Assembly: GCA_044345055.1 (NCBI GenBank)
Contig: JBIJBT010000034.1
Location: 1-26,858 of the forward strand
Reading direction: 5' to 3'
DNA: 26,858 nucleotides
Source: Bdellovibrionota bacterium
GTDB taxonomy: Bacteria > Bdellovibrionota_C > UBA2361 > OMIW01
Of this stretch, positions 1 to 9,673 are shown one piece after another (positions within the stretch are counted from its first letter, which is position 1; each line of letters begins with the position of its first letter). The notes beneath the pieces were generated by a model. The model saw only the letters and a list, made by a program, of their open reading frames with translations, searched no databases and was not told the origin of the DNA. The position numbers and the translations under genes were made by a program.

Positions 1-1
1 T

Positions 2-160
2 TCGGAAGCGATGGGAGTCTCGGATTGGATTCGTCTGTTGCTGTGTCGTTCCACGCAAAGCAAAATTTTCTATAGCATCAGAATTCCGTGGTTTCCCAAC
101 TACCGTCTCCGCGAGGGCTCTAAGTTGCTCTGAGCTTGTTCCGGGACTATTAAAAAACAT
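2..160 (-). CDS. Possible 5' part of a hypothetical protein running off the left edge of the window
   Basis: ATG at 160 (- strand) opens a frame with no stop down to base 2 (MFFNSPGTSSEQLRALAETVVGKPRNSDAIENFALRGTTQQQTNPIRDSHRFR...). No recognisable motif. Confidence 0.3.
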   Translation of the reverse strand, partial: MFFNSPGTSSEQLRALAETVVGKPRNSDAIENFALRGTTQQQTNPIRDSHRFR

Positions 161-528
161 CCTTCGCACCTGAATCGAAACATTTAGTTACTTCGTGAAA
201 TCTGCCTGCAAGCAATCGAAGCTAAAACAAGGTTAAGCATCGCACAAATCCGCTCCTTTTGTCTAATATTCTGAACATATATCAAAAAATCAATGCTCCT
301 TATTCGATTAAAATCATGCGAACCCAAATCTGCTTATTTCGCGAACACTGAAACTAAATAAAAGCGCGATATAACTCAGCGAGCAGCCGAGACTATATGC
401 CCGAAGCGACTCATTTGAACGTTTTCGTGTCGGGAGTTTTCTTAAGAAAAGCGATCACTACCTAAGCTCTTGTTGATTTGATTACCGGCACGCCACACCT
501 TATTTTTTTACCTCTCCGCCTAAAAACC

Positions 529-2187
529 CTACTCCCCAATCCGCACTACCCGATTAGCAATGCAAACCTCATCCTCCCGATGACTTACTATCACAACCGT
601 TCGGCCTGCAAGTAATCGCGGTAGTTGGGATACGATCTTGGCGCGAGTTTCATCATCAACTCCGGTGAGGGGTTCGTCTAGGAGGAGGAGATCGGCGGTA
701 GTGAGCAGAGCTCGAGCAAGGCGGAGTCGTTGCTCCTCGCCTGTTGAAAAGGAGATGGTTCCCTCGCCGACGATCGTATCGAGTGAATCCAGCGCAAAAT
801 CGGCGCATATATCTTTGAGGAGAGCCCGAAGGTGGTGATCTGATATTGGGCGACCGAGGGTGAGATTTTCGCAGAGAGTTGTTTTAAAGAATGGATCGTG
901 AGGTGTGATCATCATAGCGACAAATGGGCATGGATGTGAGATTGGAAATGCAACGCCATCAATCGAATAGGTTCCAATAAAAGAGGAGAATCGACCGAGA
1001 ACCTCGATAAGTGTTGTTTTTCCGATACCGCTCTCACCCATAATGCCGACAATTTCCCCATGTTTAATAGTAAATGAGGGAATAGCTATCTGCCGATCCT
1101 CTGAATAGGGGATGGAAACATCTATTAGCTCACATCGATCCCACTTGAGTGAGATAGGACCTGGTGAAGAGAGGGGTTCGCTCAAGTCAGGGTTTAGAGC
1201 AATAAATTGAGCCTGCAAAAGGGCGGCATCTTGACGCTCATGGATTATTCGAACGTACAACTCTATGACGTAGACAAGCGTTATCCAGAGCTCATCGAAT
1301 GACCACTTTAGGAGAATCAGAAAACCTAGTGAGAGTTTTCCGAGGGAAACCTGATACGCACCGTACCCAATTGTTGCAAGTGTAAGTGCATCAAAAAGAG
1401 CGAGCTGTAAAAACCAACGCCACGCGTGAAATCTCTTCAGTGCATCGAGTGCACGCCACGACCCTGCAAAAGCCCGATTCATCGCGGTATCAAAATATTT
1501 CTCGCCATGAAAACGTTTCAAAAATGGAAGGCCAAGAACAAAAGAGGTCTGCTGCTCGAGCGAAGATAGATTTTGCGCACGCTGTTCCGCAGCAAGAGGT
1601 GCAATCTTAGCTGAAATACGAAACGCGAAGAGAAGATATAAAGTCACGAAGATAAGATTAAAGCAAAGTATGAGCGGACTTTGCAGAAAAAGAATTACCA
1701 CCATCGCACTAGTTGAAAATATGCGCCGGATTATCGTCCAACACCACTCGTTACCCCACCGCTCTACATGCCCGCAGTAGGTGCCGATCGCGGCGAGGAG
1801 CCGCTCGCGAGAAAGGGCGCGTAGCCTAGCAAGTGGAGCGGAGAGTGCGGCGCTCGATATTCTCTGTTGGGTGATATTTGTGATTTTCTGAGGAAGCGGT
1901 TCGCCGAATCGTCGGGTGAAATAGTCAAGACCTTGAGCAGTGAGCAGACACAGCCCCCACAATGGAAGATAGCTTCGAAGAACGGTGGATGAATTTAAGG
2001 TAGGAAGTTTGGTGATAAGATCGCTCAAAATTATGACCGTTCCAAATCGAAGCGCAGAACTCAAAAATCCAATAATAGTGAGCGCGATTATGAGTGAGCG
2101 GTACTGCGTGAGATTCCTATAAAACGCGATACCGGCGTAGCTCGAAATAAGTTTTTTGAGTGATGGTGATATTTCTTCAGATGACAT
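529..2187 (-). CDS. ABC exporter, fused transmembrane + ATP-binding domains
   Basis: N-terminal hydrophobic helices, then Walker A GESGIGKTT, degenerate signature FSTGE, Walker B LLLLDEP and H-loop SHR. Start placed at ATG 2187 (MSSEEIS) rather than 2349 because the longer frame runs through an intergenic inverted repeat. Confidence 0.88.
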   Translation of the reverse strand: MSSEEISPSLKKLISSYAGIAFYRNLTQYRSLIIALTIIGFLSSALRFGTVIILSDLITKLPTLNSSTVLRSYLPLWGLCLLTAQGLDYFTRRFGEPLPQKITNITQQRISSAALSAPLARLRALSRERLLAAIGTYCGHVERWGNEWCWTIIRRIFSTSAMVVILFLQSPLILCFNLIFVTLYLLFAFRISAKIAPLAAEQRAQNLSSLEQQTSFVLGLPFLKRFHGEKYFDTAMNRAFAGSWRALDALKRFHAWRWFLQLALFDALTLATIGYGAYQVSLGKLSLGFLILLKWSFDELWITLVYVIELYVRIIHERQDAALLQAQFIALNPDLSEPLSSPGPISLKWDRCELIDVSIPYSEDRQIAIPSFTIKHGEIVGIMGESGIGKTTLIEVLGRFSSFIGTYSIDGVAFPISHPCPFVAMMITPHDPFFKTTLCENLTLGRPISDHHLRALLKDICADFALDSLDTIVGEGTISFSTGEEQRLRLARALLTTADLLLLDEPLTGVDDETRAKIVSQLPRLLAGRTVVIVSHREDEVCIANRVVRIGE

Positions 2188-2291
2188 GGGTCTAATGGCT
2201 GCGTGTGCAGAGCTATCAATAATCTTGATAGCGAATGTACGGAGGAAAATACAATGGCGGTAATTCAGATCACTTTCGGGGTATATTTTTG

Positions 2292-2327
2292 TTTTGCAGC
2301 CCCTTTTGCCTGTGAGGGGCTGCAAAA
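2292..2327. repeat. Perfect 13-bp inverted repeat with 10-nt loop
   Basis: TTTTGCAGCCCCT (2292-2304) / AGGGGCTGCAAAA (2315-2327), between the adaptor gene and the ABC gene. Confidence 0.85.
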
Positions 2328-2361
2328 TAATGACCAAGATTTTTAACAAATAACTCTTGCC

Positions 2362-3564
2362 CTAACTGCGCGGAGGATTTGGATTAAGAGAGCTGCTAGC
2401 TTTTAGTGAATCATCAATATACACGGTCATCCCAGAGCGAAGACGAAAAGTTCCTGCACTTACCACTCGCTCTCCCTCAGCAAGTCCTGCGATAACCGCA
2501 ATTAGGTCTCCTCGACGCTCCCCAAGGGTGATAAAACGTTGCTCAAGCTCTGCTGATAGAGGAGTGCCCTGAGGTTCTCCCTTAATCACAAAGACAGAAT
2601 TACCATACGGCGCAAAAGCTATTGCGGTTTCAGGCACCGGAAATACTTTGCCTTCTTGACCAAGTGGAACGGTTATCGCTCCAAACATTCCGGGCCGCAG
2701 GCGATGGTCGCTGTTTGGAAATGTCGCTCTCACCGATAAGAGACGAGAGTTAGGATCTATCTGAGGATCGATCGCAGTTATCGTACCAATGGCTGTTATT
2801 GGTTCGTTCGTACCAAGCGTCATCGTTACTTTTTGACCAATCGATACGGCACCGATCCGATCCTGGGGCACGGCAAAATTTCCGTATACAGTATCGAGCT
2901 GATAAAGCGGGATAATCGGAGTACCCGGCGAAACGTAGGCTCCGATATTTATTTGTCGAATGCCGAGTTTTCCTCTGAATGGAGCCCTAATCTGCTTGCG
3001 GGCGAGATTCGCCTTAATAGCGGCGGCCTCTGCGTTGCGGGCGCGGAAGATTGCCTCAGCTTGATCGAGTTCAGATCGGGAGCTTGCCTGTCTTGGTGCG
3101 AGAAACGCAGCTCGATCGAGCGTCTTTTTTGCCTCCCAGGTACGCGCCTCGGCCGCTGCAAGTTTAGCGCGTTCGACCGTGGTATCGAGTTCGAGAAGGA
3201 GTGTTCCGGATTCGACTAGCGCCCCGTCTTCAACATGAATCGCAGATACAACGCCCGCTGTCTCTGCGCTAAGCATCGCCCCTTCAGCAGCTGATAGCGA
3301 TGCAACGAGCGAAAGAGTTGGCTGCCAGGTCGCCGCATTTGCGATGAATGTCGAAACAGTTGTAGGGGGCGGCCCCTTTTTCTTACCCTCTTCGATATGG
3401 CCTAGTATCTGAAAGACCTTGGTAACAGACAAAATAACAAATATTGCGACAACAAGTCCGATAATCGCTAGCTTGACGGTGCGGCGCGACCGAATAGATG
3501 AACCTGTTTCAATTGAAGATGGAAAAGGTGTCGTTAGAGGCGGGGAGGTAAGATGTTCTGTCAT
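2362..3564 (-). CDS. Efflux RND-type periplasmic adaptor (membrane fusion protein, AcrA/MexH-like)
   Basis: N-terminal TM anchor; lipoyl halves (GVVSAIHVEDGALVESGTLLLELD; IRAPFRGKLGIRQINIGAYV) around an alpha hairpin; GTITAIDPQID...LRPGMF; C-terminal GLAEGERVV. Probable start ATG 3564 (MTEHLTS). Confidence 0.92.
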   Translation of the reverse strand: MTEHLTSPPLTTPFPSSIETGSSIRSRRTVKLAIIGLVVAIFVILSVTKVFQILGHIEEGKKKGPPPTTVSTFIANAATWQPTLSLVASLSAAEGAMLSAETAGVVSAIHVEDGALVESGTLLLELDTTVERAKLAAAEARTWEAKKTLDRAAFLAPRQASSRSELDQAEAIFRARNAEAAAIKANLARKQIRAPFRGKLGIRQINIGAYVSPGTPIIPLYQLDTVYGNFAVPQDRIGAVSIGQKVTMTLGTNEPITAIGTITAIDPQIDPNSRLLSVRATFPNSDHRLRPGMFGAITVPLGQEGKVFPVPETAIAFAPYGNSVFVIKGEPQGTPLSAELEQRFITLGERRGDLIAVIAGLAEGERVVSAGTFRLRSGMTVYIDDSLKASSSLNPNPPRS

Positions 3565-3786
3565 GGAGGTAACAATTCGTCTTTGGTTGCGGATTTTAAA
3601 ATAGGGCAAAACGGATGGGGTAAATAAACCGCCTCATCATCGCGCCCTTGGATAGTATCATGATTTATCGATTATTCGAACCGGGTGTGTTCGAGCTTAG
3701 GTAGTTTTTCGCTCGCTTTTGCAGGTGAGACAAACGGTGCTTTTTTTGCGTACAATTTAAAGGTTCATTTTTTTTTCATTACTTCC

Positions 3787-4095
3787 ATGAAATGGCGTGT
3801 TGCTTCTATATCTGAGCTAAGTGAGGGAACGGTTATGGGGGTGCGAGCTGGATTAACTCGTATCGTGCTGTGCCGCCTTACTGATGGTACAATCACTGCG
3901 CTTCACGATCGGTGTACCCACGCCCAGGTGCGACTATCTGGTGGCCGTCTTGTTGATGATGAGCTTGAATGCCCCGCACATCGGGCCCGATTTGATTGCC
4001 ATTCCGGAGCTGCGATTTGTGGCCCAGCGGTGGTTGGAGTGTGCCACTACGAGGTGACGATTGAGGGCGGTTATATCTTTGTAAATGTGCCATGA
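3787..4095 (+). CDS. Rieske [2Fe-2S] ferredoxin
   Basis: CTH...CPAH Rieske ligand boxes, ARFD motif, ~102 aa from ATG 3787. ATGA overlap with the next gene. Confidence 0.92.
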   Translation: MKWRVASISELSEGTVMGVRAGLTRIVLCRLTDGTITALHDRCTHAQVRLSGGRLVDDELECPAHRARFDCHSGAAICGPAVVGVCHYEVTIEGGYIFVNVP

Positions 4096-4622
4096 GTGAG
4101 GGGAAGGGCGATTCGGACCGTTTTACGCGCACAGGAGTTCTCGGCAAAGAGAATGCGCAAACCAATGATGATATCTTTGCTGATCACGTTGTTCATCCTC
4201 GTGGGCGGGACATATCAATTCGCGGCGGTTTTTCAATTACACGAAACAGACCGGTTTGTGGAGACAAGGTTGAGCTATCAGTTTCATTTGATGAACACGG
4301 GTGTTCTCTCAGGGGAGTTGCCTCAGGCTGCGCCGTGAATAGGGCGTCTACTTCGCTCCTGTGTGAGGCGATGTCAGGTTTGTCGCGCTCAGATTGCGAA
4401 CGTAACTACTCTCTTTTTCAGGAGATGATGCAAGCTGGATCGATTGATGAGGTTCAAAAGACCCGGTTTTCTGAGCTTGGTGATGCGATAATTTTGCTTG
4501 ATTTGAAACGGTATCCAGCCCGTATTCCTTGCGTTATGTTGGCGTGGAATGCTTTTGGGGAGTGTCTCTTTGAGAATTTAGCCTCTAATCGAGAATTTTT
4601 TCATGAAAACTCAGAAGAGTAA
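4092..4622 (+). CDS. sufU: SufU/IscU-family Fe-S assembly protein (SUF type)
   Basis: Three conserved Cys: NRPVCGD, SGCAVNRAS, YPARIPCVMLAW. Has the SufU-type insertion between Cys2 and Cys3. Confidence 0.85.
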   Translation: MSEGKGDSDRFTRTGVLGKENAQTNDDIFADHVVHPRGRDISIRGGFSITRNRPVCGDKVELSVSFDEHGCSLRGVASGCAVNRASTSLLCEAMSGLSRSDCERNYSLFQEMMQAGSIDEVQKTRFSELGDAIILLDLKRYPARIPCVMLAWNAFGECLFENLASNREFFHENSEE

Positions 4623-4669
4623 TTTCGATTAGGAAGTTTAAGAGAGAAGAAATATAAATTGGCGCCAAT

Positions 4670-5317
4670 ATGACTCAAGAAAAACCTGCTCAGGGCTTCA
4701 ATGTTCCATCTTACTGGAGCCAAGCTTGCAGTGCGCTAAGTCAATCCGATCCGATTCTGCGCTCGCTGATAGAGGCGTATCCTGATGCTAAATTTCGTTC
4801 TCGTGGGATGGCATTTGAGACATTACTACGTGCAATCGTTGGTCAACAAATCTCGGTGAAAGCGGCTCAGGCCGTTTGGGATCGGCTTGAGGGGCATCTA
4901 AATATTGTCTCGGTGGAAACTATTAGAGGTGCAACCCCCGAGGAGCTCCGTGGATGCGGTCTTTCTCACCAGAAAATAGGGTATATTTTAGACCTTGCAG
5001 ATCACTTCGCTTCGGGTGCCTTAAATCCGGAACTATTTTCGGAGTTAGACGATGAGACTTTAATCGCTCATCTTTGCGATGTTCGTGGAATCGGTCGATG
5101 GACCGCTGAGATGTTCCTAATTTTTCATCTTCAAAGACCGGATATCTTTCCCCTACAGGATATCGGCCTAATTCGTGCTATTGAGCGTCATTATTTAGCT
5201 GGCACATTAGCAACACCAAAGGAGCTGAACGCCAACGGAGAGCGGTGGCGGCCGTGGCGAACCGTCGCAACTTGGTATCTTTGGCGAAGCCTTGATCCCT
5301 TTCCTGTTGCATACTGA
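4670..5317 (+). CDS. alkA: DNA-3-methyladenine glycosylase II (AlkA-like, HhH-GPD family)
   Basis: FETLLRAIVGQQIS, HhH motif VRGIGRWTAEM, catalytic FPLQD, C-terminal WRPWRTVATWYLW. Confidence 0.92.
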   Translation: MTQEKPAQGFNVPSYWSQACSALSQSDPILRSLIEAYPDAKFRSRGMAFETLLRAIVGQQISVKAAQAVWDRLEGHLNIVSVETIRGATPEELRGCGLSHQKIGYILDLADHFASGALNPELFSELDDETLIAHLCDVRGIGRWTAEMFLIFHLQRPDIFPLQDIGLIRAIERHYLAGTLATPKELNANGERWRPWRTVATWYLWRSLDPFPVAY

Positions 5318-5365
5318 GGTGAGTGGGTTCCACCTAGCGTCATAAAGCCGAGATTTCTTTCGTGG

Positions 5366-5434
5366 TAAAGTTTTTTTTCGCACCCACTTATCAAGTTTTA
5401 TTACTAAATGACGTTCTACGCTCTTGTAAGGTTT
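5366..5434 (+). promoter_or_regulatory. Possible sigma28-type promoter elements upstream of the flagellin-like gene
   Basis: Three -35-like boxes: TAAAGTTT (5366), TCAAGTTT (5391), TAAGGTTT (5427). Only the second has a weak -10 (GACGTTCT) at 11-nt spacing. Confidence 0.25.
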
Positions 5435-5510
5435 ATCGGGTTTTTTTGGGTCAATTTCGGAGATAAGAAAATCTCCTACGAAAATTAAGGTATTTTCCGC
5501 TTGAGGTTGT

Positions 5511-6290
5511 ATGGCAAGAGATATTTTTCCTCTCCAACGCTCTTTTGATCAGGCCAATCTCTCGCTAGAAAAGAGTTTTAAGCGTCTTGCATCGGGTAAA
5601 AAAATAGTTTCATCTGCTGATGATCCTGCCGGTAACGCCATTGCGCAGCAGTTGGCCGCGATCGTATCGCTATCTGGGCAGGCTCGTCGTAATACAGGAG
5701 ATGCAATATCGGCCTCAGAGATAGCAGGTGGTGCGGCTACTCAACTTACCGATATTGCCAGTCGTCTAGCTGAGCTGTCAGCCCAATCGGCCAACGGAAC
5801 CCTAAGCGATGACCAGCGAACAGTGCTCGATCAGGAGTTTCAGGCGCTCTCCCAAGAGAGCCAAAGAATCGTTGAAACAACCCAATTCAATGGAATAAAA
5901 TTACTCGGCGGAACCGATACAACCGTACAAGCTGGAATCGATGGGTCGAGTAATAGTTTGATAACGGTGCCGGGGTTAAATGGCGCGGGAGTTGCAAATT
6001 CATTGGCGAGCCTAAGTATTGCGACTCAAGCAGGTGCTAGAAGCAGTCTCGATTTTATATCTTCACTTGTAAAATCAATCTCTGGTGAGATTGGAAAACA
6101 GGGTGCAGCACAGAACCGACTCCAGATAGCTAGTGACAATCTCTCAACAATTGAGCTGAACAACGAATCGGCCCGCGCACAAATTGAGGATGTAGATGTT
6201 GCATCCGAAACTCTTACCCAATCACTAGCCACAACCCGCCGCCAGATAGCTACCCAGCTTCAAAGTCGATACAAAGCGGAGCGGAGTTGA
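5511..6290 (+). CDS. Flagellin-family protein, minimal, with atypical termini
   Basis: KRLASGKKIVSSADDPAG, RLAELSAQSANGTLSDDQR, TQFNGIKLL, QAG, GAAQNRL, AQIEDVDVASE. GAGG RBS upstream. No hypervariable domain. Confidence 0.9.
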   Translation: MARDIFPLQRSFDQANLSLEKSFKRLASGKKIVSSADDPAGNAIAQQLAAIVSLSGQARRNTGDAISASEIAGGAATQLTDIASRLAELSAQSANGTLSDDQRTVLDQEFQALSQESQRIVETTQFNGIKLLGGTDTTVQAGIDGSSNSLITVPGLNGAGVANSLASLSIATQAGARSSLDFISSLVKSISGEIGKQGAAQNRLQIASDNLSTIELNNESARAQIEDVDVASETLTQSLATTRRQIATQLQSRYKAERS

Positions 6291-6391
6291 GGAGTTGATT
6301 TGAGGCAAGGGTAGAGAGGGTTAAAAATGTTGGTGCCTGGTTCGAGGAAGGACCCCCAAACCAAGCTGTATGATTCAAATCACCAAACAAT

Positions 6392-8092
6392 CTACTTTTG
6401 CGGGGTTTTATTCTCACTACCTGCAACCTCTACTCCGAGCGCTTTTGTGAGTTCGTTCAACCCCGAGCCGCCAAGACCGATTTCTCCTAAGAGCGAGTCT
6501 ACCAGAGGTTGCTGAGCCCGATACCGCAACGCACTACTGACAACCTGATCTGCTAGATTACCACCCTGAGAGGCTGATTGACCGCTTCCTGACTGACAGG
6601 AAGCAGAACCGCTGTCGCTGCGCAGACCCTCAACCTGTACAATCTTAATCCCGTCAATTCTTTCCATCGGACGAACTGATTCACGAATTATTTCGGGTAG
6701 TGCCTTTACAATCTCGAGCTTCACCTGCATCGCAATTTGCTCAATCGAAAGGGCATTGGCAGCCTCATTGAGCGCACGGCGACCCGCTGCATCAACCGCG
6801 TAACGAGCTTCACTTCCCTGTGCACGCAATCGCTCCGCAGCCGCATCCCCTTCAGCAATCATCATCTGCGCGTCCGCCTTGTCGCGCGCAGCACGTTTTT
6901 CAGCGTCTGCAGATACGGTAATTCCGATCGACTCCTTTTCTGCATTCTTCGACGCTTCGACCAGCTCGATCTGTTTTTGTCTATCCGCTCTCTCTGTTTC
7001 GCGTACCGTCACAACCTGTTCTTCTGCTTTCACCGCGAGAGCTCGGGCTTTATCTGCCATTGCCTGTGCCTCCGATTGGGCTTTTGAACGCTCAGCAACA
7101 GCTATCGCTAAATCTTGTCGTGCCAACTCAACCGATTTTGTTCGCTCAACATCTGCCTGTTCAACTGCTCGAGATTTCTCGATCTCACGCTCTTTTACGA
7201 GCTGCTCCATCTCCAGCTTCTTCCGATCGACCTCCTGCTGAGCGAGCAGCTGGGCCTCTCGTGCCTGACGGTCCTGCTCCGCTTTCTGACGGGCAATATC
7301 TGCAATTTGTTCCGCACGCCGATTTTCGAGCTCCCTTTGCTGCTCAAGACGCGCGTATTCCTCTTCACGCTGAAGCTCTAGCTTAATTCTTTCCGCCTCA
7401 AGGTTCTTCTGCCGAATCAGGACCTCTGTGTCTTGCTCAATATCGTTGCGCTGCTTCCGACGATTTTGAATCTCCTCGGTCAATTTGGTTAAGCCCTGCG
7501 CATCAAATGCATTGTCTGGGTTGAGATATTCTTTTCCTGTTTGATCAAGCGCAGTTAGAGATACCGATTCAAGTTCTAGACCGTTCTTCAATAGGTCTTC
7601 AGATACTGCCAACTGAACCTTATTAACAAACTGGGTGCGTTGCTCGTGCAATTCTTCCATCGCCATCTCGGCGGCAACGGAGCGAAGTGCATCAACAAAT
7701 TTTCCTTCGACAAGAGTTCTCAGCTCCTGCGGGTCCAAGGTTTTTAATCCCAGCGTTTGGGCCGCATCAGCGATCGCTTCGACTATTGGTTTCACCCGAA
7801 CGTAAAATTCGGCTTCCACATCGACCCTCATTCTATCTCGGGTTATAAGGGCCTGTTCGTTAGCACGGCGCACTTCGAGTCGAAGCGTGTTCATGTTGAC
7901 TGGAATAGTCTCGTGCAGAATTGGAAAAACAAGAGCTCCTCCATTCATGATTACCCGCTGGCCGCCGAATCCAGTACGGACAAAAGAAACCTCCTTGGAG
8001 GCTCGACGATAAAGTCGGCTCACAATGAGTCCCAAGGTCAAAAGTCCAATGAATACTGATGATGCCGCGAAGATGATGTAGTTTATCGCCAT
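6392..8092 (-). CDS. yqiK: Flotillin/SPFH (band 7) family protein, YqiK-like
   Basis: N-terminal TM; SPFH domain (FVRTGFGG, LITRDRMRVDV, NGLELESVSLT, FDAQGL); long A/E-rich coiled coil; C-terminal PMERIDGIKI...ALRYRAQQPLVDSLL. Confidence 0.95.
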   Translation of the reverse strand: MAINYIIFAASSVFIGLLTLGLIVSRLYRRASKEVSFVRTGFGGQRVIMNGGALVFPILHETIPVNMNTLRLEVRRANEQALITRDRMRVDVEAEFYVRVKPIVEAIADAAQTLGLKTLDPQELRTLVEGKFVDALRSVAAEMAMEELHEQRTQFVNKVQLAVSEDLLKNGLELESVSLTALDQTGKEYLNPDNAFDAQGLTKLTEEIQNRRKQRNDIEQDTEVLIRQKNLEAERIKLELQREEEYARLEQQRELENRRAEQIADIARQKAEQDRQAREAQLLAQQEVDRKKLEMEQLVKEREIEKSRAVEQADVERTKSVELARQDLAIAVAERSKAQSEAQAMADKARALAVKAEEQVVTVRETERADRQKQIELVEASKNAEKESIGITVSADAEKRAARDKADAQMMIAEGDAAAERLRAQGSEARYAVDAAGRRALNEAANALSIEQIAMQVKLEIVKALPEIIRESVRPMERIDGIKIVQVEGLRSDSGSASCQSGSGQSASQGGNLADQVVSSALRYRAQQPLVDSLLGEIGLGGSGLNELTKALGVEVAGSENKTPQK

Positions 8093-8171
8093 GTGTATAG
8101 ACCCTTTTTTCCTTAATTACGTTTTCAAAATATAGATATAAAAAGATTTTTTGAGCTAGAAATTCCTCTAC

Positions 8172-8867
8172 CTAGTCAGTCTTATCCTTGATGCATAGAA
8201 ACCGGGCCCCAATTTTTTTTACCAAAATTACCTGCCCTCCCGTTGGGATGTCACCCTCTCCCTGGTCGAGCTCAACCAAGACATAGTGATGCTGACCATA
8301 TTCATCCCGAACCTTTGCTTGCACTGAGGTTCCCGCTTTCGCTGTACCCAATACTACAATCGCCGTTCGACCGATGAATGATTCGTCAGTTATCGCCGAC
8401 GACTCATCGCTGGGTAGTATTTTGCTCAACCCTTTGCCGCTGATTCGCGTCAACGGCATCGAAAAAATTAGGGCTAACGGAACAGCTATCAGGGCAGGTG
8501 GATAAACGCCTAACAGGCTTCCTGCGAGTAGCTGCAGGCCGATTCCACAGACACCAAAAAGGCAGAGAAAAACAACCAAAACCATAAGAACGGGGACTTT
8601 ACCGACCCGTATCCACCCAATTAGCTTCGTAAATATTGACCCCCCGTGACCGGCTGCATCAAATGCTGTTGGTGTATCAAGCACCCCTGCGTGTGGCAAA
8701 TCAGCTGAAGCGTCGAGGACATCGATGTTTGGAATCCAGCTATCAAGGACCTGAGAAAAACCCAAACCAAAGAGAAGCGATAGTCCCTCAGTTGCCGCGA
8801 TGACGAGCACCATGATAAGAGCGGACAAAAACACTATGTTTGCATCTGAGGTTAAAAACGCCATCAT
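8172..8867 (-). CDS. yqiJ: YqiJ-family inner membrane protein (NfeD-like OB fold)
   Basis: TM segments; WIRVGKVPVLMVL; LPSDESSA...FIGRTA; QAKVRDEYGQHHYVLVE. Directly upstream of the flotillin. Confidence 0.9.
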   Translation of the reverse strand: MMAFLTSDANIVFLSALIMVLVIAATEGLSLLFGLGFSQVLDSWIPNIDVLDASADLPHAGVLDTPTAFDAAGHGGSIFTKLIGWIRVGKVPVLMVLVVFLCLFGVCGIGLQLLAGSLLGVYPPALIAVPLALIFSMPLTRISGKGLSKILPSDESSAITDESFIGRTAIVVLGTAKAGTSVQAKVRDEYGQHHYVLVELDQGEGDIPTGGQVILVKKIGARFLCIKDKTD

Positions 8868-8899
8868 TCGTAGCTAGTCCGTTTTCTTTAATTTTGAAA

Positions 8900-9592
8900 C
8901 TAATCATCGATCTTTTTGACGTTTGCTTTATGAGCAGCAAGACGCTCCTGAATTCTGTTTTTTCTGCTCATACTCTCGAGCTCAGCGAGTTTCGATGAGG
9001 CTTGAACATCACTACTGAGAACACCCGAGGGCAATCCGGTTGCCACTTGAATGAGCCTTTCAAATACTGCCTCAGCGTGCTCCACCTTTCTGCGAACTAT
9101 CTCAAGATCTCCTCTTTTATCCGTATCCTTTTCGGCTCCCAACCCTTTTACTCTTTGAGCTCGATATTGAGCTATCTCCTCACGCATCTCACCAATTCGG
9201 CCCTGTAGAGCTCGCAAATATCCCTGAAGCTCCTTTTCTCTCTCATCAATATCGATGAGCGATTGCTCTATGACCGGAATTTGCGCCTCAATATCAAGTT
9301 GCACCGCGATCGCCGCCTCAGCGAGGTCGTCGCGTTGTTGGTCCATCGCAATCAACAGCTTCTCCTGCAGCTCGTCATGTTTCCGATTCGCCTCAAAAAG
9401 ACGACGAGTAGCGAGGTGCTTCTGCGCAAGCTGTCGTCCGAGCTCATTTCTCACATCATCCAAAGCGCTCTCAATTTCGCGAACGGTCTGATCAAGAACG
9501 GCGTCTTGATCAACTCCCTCAATCACCTCAATCAGCCTATTGACCCCTCCGGCCAAGACTCGTCTGACGCGCGCTTTTAAACTCTCTGCCAT
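8900..9592 (-). CDS. pspA: PspA/IM30 family protein
   Basis: Amphipathic N-terminus, long coiled coil, RDDLAEAAI motif, C-terminal KLAELE...IQERLA. GGAG RBS favours ATG 9592 (MAESLKARV). Confidence 0.88.
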   Translation of the reverse strand: MAESLKARVRRVLAGGVNRLIEVIEGVDQDAVLDQTVREIESALDDVRNELGRQLAQKHLATRRLFEANRKHDELQEKLLIAMDQQRDDLAEAAIAVQLDIEAQIPVIEQSLIDIDEREKELQGYLRALQGRIGEMREEIAQYRAQRVKGLGAEKDTDKRGDLEIVRRKVEHAEAVFERLIQVATGLPSGVLSSDVQASSKLAELESMSRKNRIQERLAAHKANVKKIDD

Positions 9593-9673
9593 ATCGACCA
9601 ACTCCAAAAAAATATTTAAACGGTATCTGCGTCGTCGCGCGATCTATCAACTTCTCTCGCTATTTCTGGCGCA

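Noticed and set aside
2188..2349. N-terminal extensions in the ORF track (also 3565-3609, 3685-3786, 10247-10378)
   Set aside because: They start from upstream TTG/GTG codons and span intergenic repeats or promoter sequence; downstream ATGs fit the domain boundaries or RBS better.
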